DNA of 64,000 nucleotides from Clostridia bacterium (GCA_050951325.1 JBMNIW010000012.1:352001-416000), one strand, 5' to 3'. Positions 1 through 10,954 are shown, counted from the stretch's first letter. Made by a program: numbers and translations. The notes: a model not told the origin generated them from the letters alone.

Positions 1-30
1 GTTTGTTTTAAGCGAAACCATGTTTTTCAT
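1..30 (-). CDS. rnpA: RNase P protein component, 5' end only (runs off window)
   Basis: Reverse strand ATG AAA AAC ATG GTT TCG CTT AAA ACA AAC (MKNMVSLKTN) with GGAG RBS, directly downstream of rpmH as in the conserved rpmH-rnpA order. Confidence 0.75.
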   Translation of the reverse strand, partial: MKNMVSLKTN

Positions 31-71
31 AAACATCTATCTCCAAACACCGCTGCGTAAAACCCTTGATT

Positions 72-206
72 TTACGCAGACAGAATTTTTCTTCCCTTTC
101 TTCTTCTAGCTTTCAGGACCTTTCTTCCGCCTCTTGTTTTCATTCTTGCTCTGAATCCATGAAGTTTGCTTCTCTTTCTTTTCTTTGGCTGATATGTTCT
201 AAGCAT
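72..206 (-). CDS. rpmH: 50S ribosomal protein L34
   Basis: [44 protein letters not shown] (44 aa); start trimmed from the ORF track to the Met after GGAGGTG RBS; divergent from dnaA. Confidence 0.97.
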   Translation of the reverse strand: MLRTYQPKKRKRSKLHGFRARMKTRGGRKVLKARRRKGRKILSA

Positions 207-670
207 TTCTACATCACCTCCAACGTGTATTCTAATTGGATCCATAAATACATCCAAATCAGCGTTATTATATATAAAGTTTTTAATTCTGTCAATAAAA
301 CTGTTTGCCTTCGCAGAACGTAGGAGAGACAAAAATATGGGTATCAAATTTAATTGTGAATTATTTTCATGATTGTTTCTATATACAGTATTTAATAATG
401 CACTTTACCACAAAACATTGAAATCATGCATATTTATGACAGCATTCAGTCTCTTTCTGCTTTTAAAATTCTGTTGCACTCGGTATGTTTATTTGTTATA
501 TTATTTATACGTTCTTATCAGAACAGTTCATGATTATACATAAGATAAAATTATCAGATTACTAATGAGAAATAGAACGTTATAAGGTTAATGTGTGCTT
601 CAATAGACAAGTACACAAGTATTTTTTTGACTCAAAATGAATTATTGATACATAAGATGGAGGAATATTA

Positions 671-1984
671 ATGACAGATTCTTTAGAAAACATATGGAAA
701 AAATGCCTGAATACGTTAAGTGCGGACATACAGCCAACATTGTTCAATGCGTATATTATGAGTATAACTCCATTGGAAATAACAGAGGACATAATAGCCT
801 TTGAAGTTCCAGAAGCATTCCTGTTAAACACAATAGAAAACAAGTTTTATCCACAGATTAGAAATGCAATTACTTTGCACACAGGCAAAGAATATAGATT
901 GCATTTTTATTTGCCCGATCAATACAAGAAAAAGGAGCAGGAAAACAAGCAAATAATACCAAGGTTCAACTCCCATCTGAATGGCAGATATACCTTTGAT
1001 TCTTTTATAACAGGCAACAGTAACCGTATGGCTTATGCTGCCGCCGTTGCCATATCATCAAGTCCAGGCAAGGCATATAATCCATTGTTTATATATGGAC
1101 AATCCGGGCTTGGCAAAACCCATCTTATGCATGCAATTGGAAACGAGATATTAAACAAAGATCCTAACCAAAAGGTGCTGTATGTCACATCTGAGACATT
1201 TACAAACGAATTTATTGAGGCGCTCGAACAAAAAAAGAATGATGAGTTTAGAAACAAGTATAGAAAGATTGACGTACTTCTGATTGACGATATTCAGTTC
1301 ATATCAAGACGTGAAAGAACACAGGAAGAGTTTTTCTATACATTCAACTCTCTCTACAGCGATGGCAAACAGATTGTTGTGTCGAGTGACAGACCGATTA
1401 ATGAGATAAGCATACTTGAAGACCGTTTGCGTACAAGATTTGCCTGGGGACTCATAGCCGACATACAGGCACCTGACTTTGAGACAAAGGTGGCCATTTT
1501 GAAAAGAAAAGCCGATGAAAACAATATTATTGTCGAGAAAAACATTTTGGAACATATTGCATTCCAAACAGGAGACAACATAAGAGAACTGGAAGGTATA
1601 ATCAACCACCTGACAATATCCTCCTCACAAGGAAGAAAAATAGATTTGAACCTGGCAAGAGAAGCATTAAGACACTTACAGAAAACTGAAACAAAGGAAA
1701 TTACCCCAAAGGTTATTATAGATGTGGTTTCAAGGTATTATAATCTCACTGTTGAGGACATACTGTCAAAGAAGAGAAACAAGGAAATAGCTTTTCCAAG
1801 ACAGATAGCAATGTATTTGTGCCGTGAACTTTCCAATCTGTCTTTTCCTGAAATAGGAGAAGCCTTCGGAGGAAAAAACCATACAACAGTTATGTATGCT
1901 CACGAACAGATAACAAAAAAGTGTGAAGAGAGTTTTGATCTTAGAGACACGATAGAGGAAATAAAAAAGTCAATTGTCTGCTGA
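671..1984 (+). CDS. dnaA: Chromosomal replication initiator DnaA
   Basis: YNPLFIYGQSGLGKTHL Walker A, LLIDDIQF Walker B, RQIAMYL...HTTV domain IV. Confidence 0.99.
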   Translation: MTDSLENIWKKCLNTLSADIQPTLFNAYIMSITPLEITEDIIAFEVPEAFLLNTIENKFYPQIRNAITLHTGKEYRLHFYLPDQYKKKEQENKQIIPRFNSHLNGRYTFDSFITGNSNRMAYAAAVAISSSPGKAYNPLFIYGQSGLGKTHLMHAIGNEILNKDPNQKVLYVTSETFTNEFIEALEQKKNDEFRNKYRKIDVLLIDDIQFISRRERTQEEFFYTFNSLYSDGKQIVVSSDRPINEISILEDRLRTRFAWGLIADIQAPDFETKVAILKRKADENNIIVEKNILEHIAFQTGDNIRELEGIINHLTISSSQGRKIDLNLAREALRHLQKTETKEITPKVIIDVVSRYYNLTVEDILSKKRNKEIAFPRQIAMYLCRELSNLSFPEIGEAFGGKNHTTVMYAHEQITKKCEESFDLRDTIEEIKKSIVC

Positions 1985-2256
1985 TTTCAACCTTATCCAC
2001 AAGTTATCAACAGAAATCTGTTGATAAGTGCACAACTTCCTGTGGATAACTTGTGGATAGATTCATTCAAAAAACTTCTGTTGATAAGCTGTGTATAAAA
2101 ACATGAGTTATCCCCAAGTTATTGACAGTTGTTTCACAGACAAAAAAATGATATATATAATAGTAGGAAAAATACTTATCCACATTTTGCACAACCCCTA
2201 CTACTAATACTACTAAAAAGAAATATATATAATAATACATACAGGGAGGATGCCAT
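1985..2256. other. Replication origin oriC (dnaA-dnaN intergenic): DnaA-box cluster, DnaA-trios, AT-rich unwinding element
   Basis: Perfect boxes TTATCCACA 1993-2001 and 2176-2184, TGTGGATAA 2041-2049; near-perfect boxes at 2004, 2019, 2052, 2079, 2090, 2108, 2119, 2185; then ACCC and CTACTACTAATACTACTA trios (~2198-2215) and an AT-rich tract. Confidence 0.93.
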
Positions 2257-3357
2257 ATGAAATTCACATGCAATAGAGACAATTTGGTAGAAGCTATTAA
2301 CGTAGTGCAGAGAGCTATATCAGGAAAAACAACCATGCCTATACTAGAAGGCATATTGATAGAAGTTATAGAAGAACTTAAGATGACTGCTAATGACCTG
2401 GATCTTGGTATAACTTATGAAATACCTGCAATAATAGAAGAAGTGGGTTCTGTACTTGTTTCTTCAAAGACATTTGGAGATATTGTAAGGAAACTGCCCG
2501 ATATATACGTTACAATAGAAACTTCTGAGGCTAACAATCTTGTCATTATAACCAGTGGAAAGGCTAGATTTGAAATATCCATGATGGATATAGATGAATA
2601 CCCACAGGTCAACTTCATTGACGAAGAGGAATCGGTAACTTTTGAAAATGAAATTCTTAGAAGTCTCATAAAGCAAAGTATATTTGCAACAGCGGATGAT
2701 GATTCCAAGCCAATGTTTAAGGGCGTTTTCATTGACAAGGAAGGAAAGACAGTAAATTTTGTCGCTCTTTGTAACAGCAAGATGGCTATAAAGCACACTT
2801 CCATGGAAAACGAAAAAGAGTTCAAGATCCTTGTGCCAACCAGGATACTCAACGAGGTATACAAGGTACTGCAGATTACGAATGAAAACATGTCCATGGC
2901 CTGGTCTAAAACACAGGTGATGTTTTACAACAGCCATTTTAAAATAATATCCCGATTGATAAATAGCGAGTACTTGAAGTACAGGGATTTAATTCCTAGA
3001 GAGGATAAACTGCGTGTTGTAGTATCAACAAAAGATTTTCTTCATGCAATTGAGCGTTCCGCTCTTGTTATGCAGGACAGTTCCAAGTATCCAATGGTGC
3101 TGACTACAGACATGGACGAAATAGTAATATCGGCTAAGGCAGAAAGAGGGCACTCGGAAGAAAGGCTTCCTGCCCAAGTAAACGGGTCAAGCTTAACAAT
3201 AGGGTTTAACACTTCAAATTTTATTGACTGCCTTAAGGTAATTGACGATGAAACCATATCCCTGCACTTTACAACCAGTTTGGGACCATGTATTGTAAGA
3301 GGCGAGGAGTATGACGATTATGTATTTCTGGTAATGCCAGTGAGATTGAAATTGTAA
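2257..3357 (+). CDS. dnaN: DNA polymerase III beta sliding clamp
   Basis: 366 aa, MPILEGILI N-terminus and VMPVR C-terminus, position after dnaA. Confidence 0.97.
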   Translation: MKFTCNRDNLVEAINVVQRAISGKTTMPILEGILIEVIEELKMTANDLDLGITYEIPAIIEEVGSVLVSSKTFGDIVRKLPDIYVTIETSEANNLVIITSGKARFEISMMDIDEYPQVNFIDEEESVTFENEILRSLIKQSIFATADDDSKPMFKGVFIDKEGKTVNFVALCNSKMAIKHTSMENEKEFKILVPTRILNEVYKVLQITNENMSMAWSKTQVMFYNSHFKIISRLINSEYLKYRDLIPREDKLRVVVSTKDFLHAIERSALVMQDSSKYPMVLTTDMDEIVISAKAERGHSEERLPAQVNGSSLTIGFNTSNFIDCLKVIDDETISLHFTTSLGPCIVRGEEYDDYVFLVMPVRLKL

Positions 3358-3382
3358 TTAGAATAAGAGGTTTTGATAATTT

Positions 3383-3619
3383 ATGGGCGAAACTAAAATA
3401 CTGATTAATACCGAATACATCAAACTAGATCAGTTTTTAAAATGGTGTGGTATCGCCGATACAGGCGGTACTGCACGTGAAATTATTACTGGTGAGGATG
3501 TTTACGTTAATGGCGAAATAGAAACAAGAAGAGGAAGGAAGCTAAGACCTGGGGACAGGGTTGATATTTTTGGTCGAACCTTTGTTGTTTCTGCAAGCGG
3601 TGAAGACATTGATAGTTGA
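3383..3619 (+). CDS. yaaA: S4-domain RNA-binding protein YaaA
   Basis: EYIKLDQFLK...GG.A...V.VNGEIETRRGRKL motif; between dnaN and recF. Confidence 0.92.
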   Translation: MGETKILINTEYIKLDQFLKWCGIADTGGTAREIITGEDVYVNGEIETRRGRKLRPGDRVDIFGRTFVVSASGEDIDS

Positions 3620-4715
3620 TTCTATAAGATTGGAAAATTTCCGAAACTATAAAGATATTGAATTGAATTTTTGTGATGGAATTAATATCTTTCAGGGTTT
3701 GAACGGACAGGGTAAGACGAATCTTCTGGAATCCATATACATCTGTTCCGTTGGCAAATCTTTTAGAACATCGAAAGATATTGAGATGATAAATCATGAA
3801 AAGGAATATTTTACTGTGAATGTCGGTATTAAGAATGATGCAACCGACAAAATTTTTATCAGATATGACAGACAGAAGCAGAAAGCTATAGCTGTCAATG
3901 GCATATTTTTACGAAAATCTGGACAGCTTATGGGTGCGCTTTTATGTGTCCTTTTTTGTCCTGAGGACTTGCTGATTCTTTCAGATGGCCCTTCAAGACG
4001 AAGAAGATTTCTTGATATAGCTATAAGCCAGTTGAATCCTCTTTACTATTACAACCTGCAACAGTATACAAAACTGACAGCTCAAAAGAACGTGCAGCTG
4101 AAGCAGATAAAGAAAAACCCAAAACAGAAGGATGTCCTTTTTGTCTGGAATGAACAGATTGCTGAATATGGCTCTAAAATAATTGCTGAAAGAATAAAGT
4201 TTATAGATGTATTGAAAGACCTTGCCAATGAAAGCCATGCATACATTTCTGAGTATAAGGAGCAACTTGTCTTGGAGTATGAGAATACAATAGAGCTTAA
4301 TGAATACGATGAAAGGCACATTAAAGAAACTTACATAAAAACACTGGAAAAGATAATGCAGAGGGAAATAGAAAGGGAAGTTAGCCTTATTGGCCCTCAC
4401 AGAGATGATATAAGTTTCAGGCTTAATGACCTGGAACTAAAAAAATATGGCTCTCAAGGGCAGAAGAGAACGGCTGTATTGTCTTTAAAGATTGCAGAGA
4501 TTGAAATAATGAAAAAAAACACAGGAAGAATTCCTATTCTTTTACTTGATGACGTTATGTCAGAACTCGACAAAAAGAGACAGGAGGCTTTGCTGTCTTA
4601 TGTAAAAGGAGTTCAGACATTCATTACTTGTGTCGATTCTGAGTCTTTCGATCAGCTGAAAGACACCCAAAACTACATTTTCAACATATCAGACGGAGCG
4701 GTTTCAAAGCTTTAG
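3609..4715 (+). CDS. recF: DNA replication/repair protein RecF
   Basis: NFRNY, GLNGQGKTNLLES, GPHRDD, GSQGQKRT, LLLDDVMSELD; start moved to TTG 3609. Confidence 0.97.
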   Translation: MIVDSIRLENFRNYKDIELNFCDGINIFQGLNGQGKTNLLESIYICSVGKSFRTSKDIEMINHEKEYFTVNVGIKNDATDKIFIRYDRQKQKAIAVNGIFLRKSGQLMGALLCVLFCPEDLLILSDGPSRRRRFLDIAISQLNPLYYYNLQQYTKLTAQKNVQLKQIKKNPKQKDVLFVWNEQIAEYGSKIIAERIKFIDVLKDLANESHAYISEYKEQLVLEYENTIELNEYDERHIKETYIKTLEKIMQREIEREVSLIGPHRDDISFRLNDLELKKYGSQGQKRTAVLSLKIAEIEIMKKNTGRIPILLLDDVMSELDKKRQEALLSYVKGVQTFITCVDSESFDQLKDTQNYIFNISDGAVSKL

Positions 4716-4801
4716 TTAATTGCAATTATGTCCCATTCATGCTATAATATATATACTCAAATATCTTTATATTTGTTTATTAATTACCCAGAGGTGGAAC
4801 T

Positions 4802-5098
4802 TTGTTTATTCATATCGGCGATAACATTATTATCCCTGTAGATGAGATAGTTGGAATCTTTGACTTGGAAGGTACAACTATAACCGGAATTACCAGGGAT
4901 TTTTTAAAGGTTGCTGAAGAAGAAGGCTTCGTAATAGCAACATCATCCAGAATGCCGAAATCTTTTGTAATAACAGTGAGGAATAACCAAAATCTGATTT
5001 ATCTTTCATCCTTGTCTGTAAATACACTAAAAAAAAGGGTGAAGAAATGGTTGGATATGTTGAATAACAAAACAGTAAGATTAGTAAGGGGAAGTTAG
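4802..5098 (+). CDS. remB: RemB/YaaB (DUF370-like) protein
   Basis: MFIHIGDN...IVGIFD, KSFVIT, YLSSLSVNTLKKR; conserved recF-gyrB position. Confidence 0.82.
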   Translation: MFIHIGDNIIIPVDEIVGIFDLEGTTITGITRDFLKVAEEEGFVIATSSRMPKSFVITVRNNQNLIYLSSLSVNTLKKRVKKWLDMLNNKTVRLVRGS

Positions 5099-7030
<1,932 letters not shown>

Positions 7031-7047
7031 CTAACTTAAAGGAATGC

Positions 7048-7089
7048 ACCCCCTATTGTTTCACGTGAAACAATAGGGGGTTTTGTTTT
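7048..7089 (+). terminator. gyrB intrinsic terminator: 34-bp perfect palindrome with a parS core
   Basis: ACCCCCTATTGTTTCAC/GTGAAACAATAGGGGGT followed by TTTGTTTT, 17 nt after the gyrB stop. Confidence 0.75.
7057..7072. promoter_or_regulatory. parS site 1
   Basis: TGTTTCACGTGAAACA, exact match to the Firmicute parS consensus. Confidence 0.95.
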
Positions 7090-7095
7090 ACAAAA

Positions 7096-7111
7096 TGTTT
7101 CACGTGAAACA
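7096..7111. promoter_or_regulatory. parS site 2
   Basis: TGTTTCACGTGAAACA inside an extended palindrome AAAA...TTTT (7092-7115). Confidence 0.95.
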
Positions 7112-7197
7112 TTTTAACCAATATTTTTATCAATTCCATTGAAAGTGTATATGTGATATGATATAATTTTCCTACAAGAAAAGAAAGGAAGTACAAA

Positions 7198-7959
7198 ATG
7201 GCAAAAGTTATCGCTGTTGCAAATCAAAAAGGTGGAGTTGGAAAAACAACTACAGCAATCAATTTGAGTTCTTGCGTGGCATACAGGGGAAAAAGAGTCC
7301 TTCTTATTGACCTGGATCCCCAGGGCAACACTACTACTGGTTTGGGAATTAATAAAAGGAATTTGGATAAGTCCATCTACGACGTAATTATTAATGAAGA
7401 AAACATAGAAAATGTACTGCTTGACACCCATCAAAACACTCTTAATCTTTGTCCATCCAGTATGAAACTGGCAGGTGCCGAAGTTGAGCTGGTAAGTGTA
7501 ATATCAAGAGAAACAAGGTTGAAATATGCATTGGAAGATGTAGAGGATATTTTTGATTTTATATTTATAGATTGTCCTCCATCGCTCGGTCTTTTAACAA
7601 TAAACGCATTGACTGCATCACAAACTGTGTTGGTGCCTATTCAGTGCGAATACTATGCCCTTGAAGGTCTTACCCAGTTGATGGATACAGTAAAACTGGT
7701 TCAGAAGAGACTGAACAGAGATTTGGAAGTAGAAGGCGTTGTTTTGACAATGTTTGATGCGAGAACAAATTTATCCATAGAGGTTGTGGATGAAGTGCGC
7801 AAACATTTCAAAGACAAGGTATATGGAACAATTATACCTCGTAATGTTAAACTAAGCGAAGCTCCTAGCTATGGCTTGCCAATAGTATTGTACGATGAAA
7901 AATCTAAGGGAGCTCAAGCTTATCTGGAACTGGCCGATGAATTTATAGCTTTAGCATAA
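7198..7959 (+). CDS. soj: ParA/Soj chromosome partitioning ATPase
   Basis: ANQKGGVGKTTT deviant Walker A, DLDPQGN, IDCPPSLG, IPRNVKLSEAPS. Confidence 0.97.
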   Translation: MAKVIAVANQKGGVGKTTTAINLSSCVAYRGKRVLLIDLDPQGNTTTGLGINKRNLDKSIYDVIINEENIENVLLDTHQNTLNLCPSSMKLAGAEVELVSVISRETRLKYALEDVEDIFDFIFIDCPPSLGLLTINALTASQTVLVPIQCEYYALEGLTQLMDTVKLVQKRLNRDLEVEGVVLTMFDARTNLSIEVVDEVRKHFKDKVYGTIIPRNVKLSEAPSYGLPIVLYDEKSKGAQAYLELADEFIALA

Positions 7960-7978
7960 AAGAAAGTGAGGTAACGAC

Positions 7979-8851
7979 GTGTCAAGAAGGAAAACAGGAT
8001 TGGGAAAAGGGATTGATGCTTTAATACCATCAGGTCACGAAGAATTATCAGACAGTGTTATAGAAATAGATATACATGATATTGAACCTGGTGATGCTCA
8101 ACCAAGAAAAAGTTTTGATGAGGAAAAAATAGCTCAACTTGCACAGTCCATCAAAGAACATGGAATAATACAACCGCTTATTGTTATGAAGGAAGGTTCG
8201 GTTTATAAAATTATTGCCGGTGAAAGAAGATGGAGAGCTGCAAGGTTAGCAGGGCTTAAAAAGGTTCCTGCTATTGAAAGAAGCGCTACACCACAGGAAG
8301 TTATGGAGCTTGCCCTTATAGAAAACATTCAGCGCGAGGATCTGAACCCAATTGAAGAAGCAGAAGCTTATTCCAGGCTTATGACAGAGCACAATATAAC
8401 TCAAGAAAGATTATCTGAGATAATTGGAAAAAGTAGATCTGCCATTGCAAACACAATAAGATTGCTGAATTTTAATGATCAAATAAGGGAAATGATAATA
8501 AATGAGGAAATTACAGCTGGACATGCACGTGCAATTCTAGCTTTGGAGAGTGAAGACGAGAGAGTCAGAGTTGCAAGAGAAGTTGTTGATAAAGGATATA
8601 ACGTGAGGCAGACTGAAGACCTTGTTAAGAAACTACTACAAGAGAAAGCGAAGAAGAAGGAAAATAAGGATATCACGGATGAAAATAATACATTTTCGCA
8701 GGTAGAGATTAAACATATCCAAAACATGCTTAGATCAGTATTGGGGACTAAGGTAAAAATGGATGAGGCAAAGGGAAGAGGGAAGATTATTATAGAATAC
8801 TATTCACCTGACGAAAGAGAAAGACTTATAGACTATCTGACAAAAGGATAA
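7979..8851 (+). CDS. spo0J: ParB/Spo0J partitioning protein
   Basis: GLGKGIDALI, QPRKSF, IIAGERRWRA, ALIENIQREDLNPIEEA, HTH GKSRSAIAN. Confidence 0.97.
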   Translation: MSRRKTGLGKGIDALIPSGHEELSDSVIEIDIHDIEPGDAQPRKSFDEEKIAQLAQSIKEHGIIQPLIVMKEGSVYKIIAGERRWRAARLAGLKKVPAIERSATPQEVMELALIENIQREDLNPIEEAEAYSRLMTEHNITQERLSEIIGKSRSAIANTIRLLNFNDQIREMIINEEITAGHARAILALESEDERVRVAREVVDKGYNVRQTEDLVKKLLQEKAKKKENKDITDENNTFSQVEIKHIQNMLRSVLGTKVKMDEAKGRGKIIIEYYSPDERERLIDYLTKG

Positions 8852-8852
8852 A

Positions 8853-8868
8853 TGTTTCACGTGAAACA
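8853..8868. promoter_or_regulatory. parS site 3
   Basis: TGTTTCACGTGAAACA immediately after the parB stop codon. Confidence 0.95.
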
Positions 8869-8888
8869 AAGAGAAAAGGAGAGAAGTT

Positions 8889-9389
8889 ATGATAACAGGA
8901 AACATAAATATGGACATAATCTTTGGAGTGCTTTTTTTACTTATATTAATAAACACTATACTAGTGGTTGTGCTTTTTAAGAAGCTGTCGCACATAAGGA
9001 AGTCGCAGAAAGTACTTAATGAGTTGTTTTCGGGTGAATCAGTCGAGGAGCTTTTGTATAAGGTCCTTGAACAGCAAGAAATTATATCAAATGAAGCACT
9101 GGATATAAAGAAACAGATACTTCAACTTGAAAACAAACAAAAATATTGTTTTGACAGAATCAGTCTTGTTAGATACAGAGGTACTCAGGAAGATGGTGCC
9201 AAGTTAAGTTATTCCATAGGAATAAGCAATGAAAATGAAGATGGACTTATAATTACAGGCATTCATTTCAGAAATGGTGTTAACTTGTATTTCAAACATG
9301 TTAAAGAAGGCATGCCGGACATAGAATTGTCAGAAGAAGAAAAGAAAGTATTAGCAAGGACCAAAGTCAACGAGGTGTACTCCGAGTGA
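8889..9389 (+). CDS. DUF4446-like membrane-anchored protein
   Basis: N-terminal TM, coiled coil, LVRY...LSYSI...G.IIT...LSEEEKKVL; typical post-parB position in Clostridia. Confidence 0.7.
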   Translation: MITGNINMDIIFGVLFLLILINTILVVVLFKKLSHIRKSQKVLNELFSGESVEELLYKVLEQQEIISNEALDIKKQILQLENKQKYCFDRISLVRYRGTQEDGAKLSYSIGISNENEDGLIITGIHFRNGVNLYFKHVKEGMPDIELSEEEKKVLARTKVNEVYSE

Positions 9390-9410
9390 TGGATTTTTAA
9401 CATCAAGTCC

Positions 9411-9439
9411 TTGACAATTTAAAAAATAAATGATATTAT
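9411..9439 (+). promoter_or_regulatory. sigma-A promoter of tRNA-Ser
   Basis: TTGACA-17-TATTAT with extended TG. Confidence 0.75.
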
Positions 9440-9461
9440 AATCAAGTCAAAAAAATAAAGT

Positions 9462-9552
9462 GGAAAGATGGTCGAGCTGGTTTAAGGCACCGGTCTTGAA
9501 AACCGGCGTAGGTGCAAGCCTACCGTGGGTTCGAATCCCACTCTTTCCGCCA
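9462..9552 (+). tRNA. tRNA-Ser (anticodon UGA)
   Basis: GGAAAGA/TCTTTCC acceptor stem, anticodon arm CCGGT-CTTGAAA-ACCGG, long variable arm, GGTTCGAATCC T-loop, encoded CCA. Confidence 0.97.
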
Positions 9553-9557
9553 AACTT

Positions 9558-9597
9558 AGTCTGGAAAGTCAGTAAGAAAGATTTCCAGACTTTTTTT
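9558..9597 (+). terminator. Intrinsic terminator after tRNA-Ser
   Basis: AGTCTGGAAA...TTTCCAGACT stem plus T-tract. Confidence 0.8.
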
Positions 9598-9666
9598 ATA
9601 TAAAATTAGACAACTCAAATAAATTGATGTAAAATATGGCTATCAATGAGAAAACCGTTCTAGCTG

Positions 9667-9682
9667 CGTGACTTGTATCACA
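9667..9682. promoter_or_regulatory. Candidate Crp/Fnr-family binding site
   Basis: CGTGA-CTTGTA-TCACA, one mismatch from TGTGA-N6-TCACA, upstream of the DUF438 gene. Confidence 0.45.
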
Positions 9683-9751
9683 TATTATTTATCCATATTG
9701 GTTAATAATAGTAGTATATAAAAAATAAAAGAAAAGTCGAGGTATCAAATT

Positions 9752-10954
9752 ATGAGTGAACAAATCAACAACAGACAGTACAGACAGAACGTAATCAAGG
9801 AATTGATAAGGGAACTGCATGAAGGAAAAACTGTGGACGAAGTAAAACACAAGTTTGAACAGGCATTTGCAGGAGTTTCGGCTACAGAAATATCGGAAGC
9901 GGAACAGGCATTAATCAATGAAGGATTGCCGGTAGAAGAAGTACAGAGATTATGTGATGTCCATGCGGCTGTATTCAAAGGCTCAATTGAAGAAATTCAT
10001 GCAAGCATTGATGTATCAGAGATTCCAGGCCATCCAGCCAATGTTCTTAAAGTTGAGAATATGTATATTGACGTGTTGATAGACAGTAAACTGATGCCAG
10101 TACTAGTCAACAAGTCAGATCCAAATTTTAGAAAAAACCTTGATGAAGCACTAAAGGAGTTGTATCAGGTAGATATTCATTACGCAAAGAAGGAAAATCT
10201 GCTTTTCCCATATCTTGAAAAGTACGGAGTAACAGCTCCTCCGCAGGTAATGTGGGGTGTGGATGATGAAATTAGGGATGAAATAAAGGATTTGAGAAGA
10301 GAAATTCAGTCAGACAAGTCAGATGTAGAAGATATTGTCGAAAGAGGAATGGAACTTGCTGAAAAAATAAAGGACATGATATTCAAGGAAGAAAATATAC
10401 TGCTTCCAATGCTCGTAGACATGCTCACCGAGGATGAGTGGAAGCAAATAAATGAGGACAGCTTTGAATATGGAAATCTGGTTGATAATATTCCTGAATG
10501 GAATCCTACTGGGGAACGAAAAAAAGTATTGAAAGCAGAGGAATCGGAACCAGATTCAGTGACACTTTCAACTGGTGTTCTTAAAAAGAATGAACTTGAA
10601 GCATTATTAAATGCACTCCCATTTGATATCACATTTGTTGACAAAAATGGTCTTGTAAAGTACTTCTCACAGAGTGCCGAGAGAATCTTTGCAAGAACAA
10701 CCACTGTACTGGGAAGACATGTTACTAACTGCCATCCACCTACATCCGTCCATGTAGTCACTCAAATTGTTGAAGATTTGGAATCAGGAAAGAAAGATCA
10801 TGAGGATTTTTGGATAAGAATGGGGGACAAATATGTATTTATCAGGTACTTTGCAGTTCGAGATAATGATAACAACTTCCTTGGAGTACTTGAGGTAACG
10901 CAGAACATAGCTCCAATACAAGAAATAACAGGAGAGAAAAGATTAATGTCATAA
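9752..10954 (+). CDS. DUF438 / hemerythrin-like / PAS domain protein
   Basis: LCDVHAAVF, HYAKKENLLFP, VMWGVDDEIR, MIFKEENIL, C-terminal PAS (DITFVD...NCHPP...YFAVRD). Confidence 0.88.
   Translation: MSEQINNRQYRQNVIKELIRELHEGKTVDEVKHKFEQAFAGVSATEISEAEQALINEGLPVEEVQRLCDVHAAVFKGSIEEIHASIDVSEIPGHPANVLKVENMYIDVLIDSKLMPVLVNKSDPNFRKNLDEALKELYQVDIHYAKKENLLFPYLEKYGVTAPPQVMWGVDDEIRDEIKDLRREIQSDKSDVEDIVERGMELAEKIKDMIFKEENILLPMLVDMLTEDEWKQINEDSFEYGNLVDNIPEWNPTGERKKVLKAEESEPDSVTLSTGVLKKNELEALLNALPFDITFVDKNGLVKYFSQSAERIFARTTTVLGRHVTNCHPPTSVHVVTQIVEDLESGKKDHEDFWIRMGDKYVFIRYFAVRDNDNNFLGVLEVTQNIAPIQEITGEKRLMS

Noticed and set aside
207-347. 47-aa N-terminal extension of L34 in the ORF track
   Set aside because: A strong GGAGGTG RBS precedes the canonical MLRTYQP start at 206; the extension is promoter/leader sequence
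7031-7197. gyrA missing after gyrB
   Set aside because: As I recall, gyrB-soj-spo0J with gyrA elsewhere occurs in Acetivibrio/Ruminiclostridium-type genomes; not evidence of loss
7057-8868. Repeated 16-mer as CRISPR repeat or IS ends
   Set aside because: Exact parS consensus next to parAB; no regular spacers, cas genes or transposase
9462-9700. tRNA-Ser as an integration site
   Set aside because: No integrase, and no duplicated tRNA 3' end seen in the window
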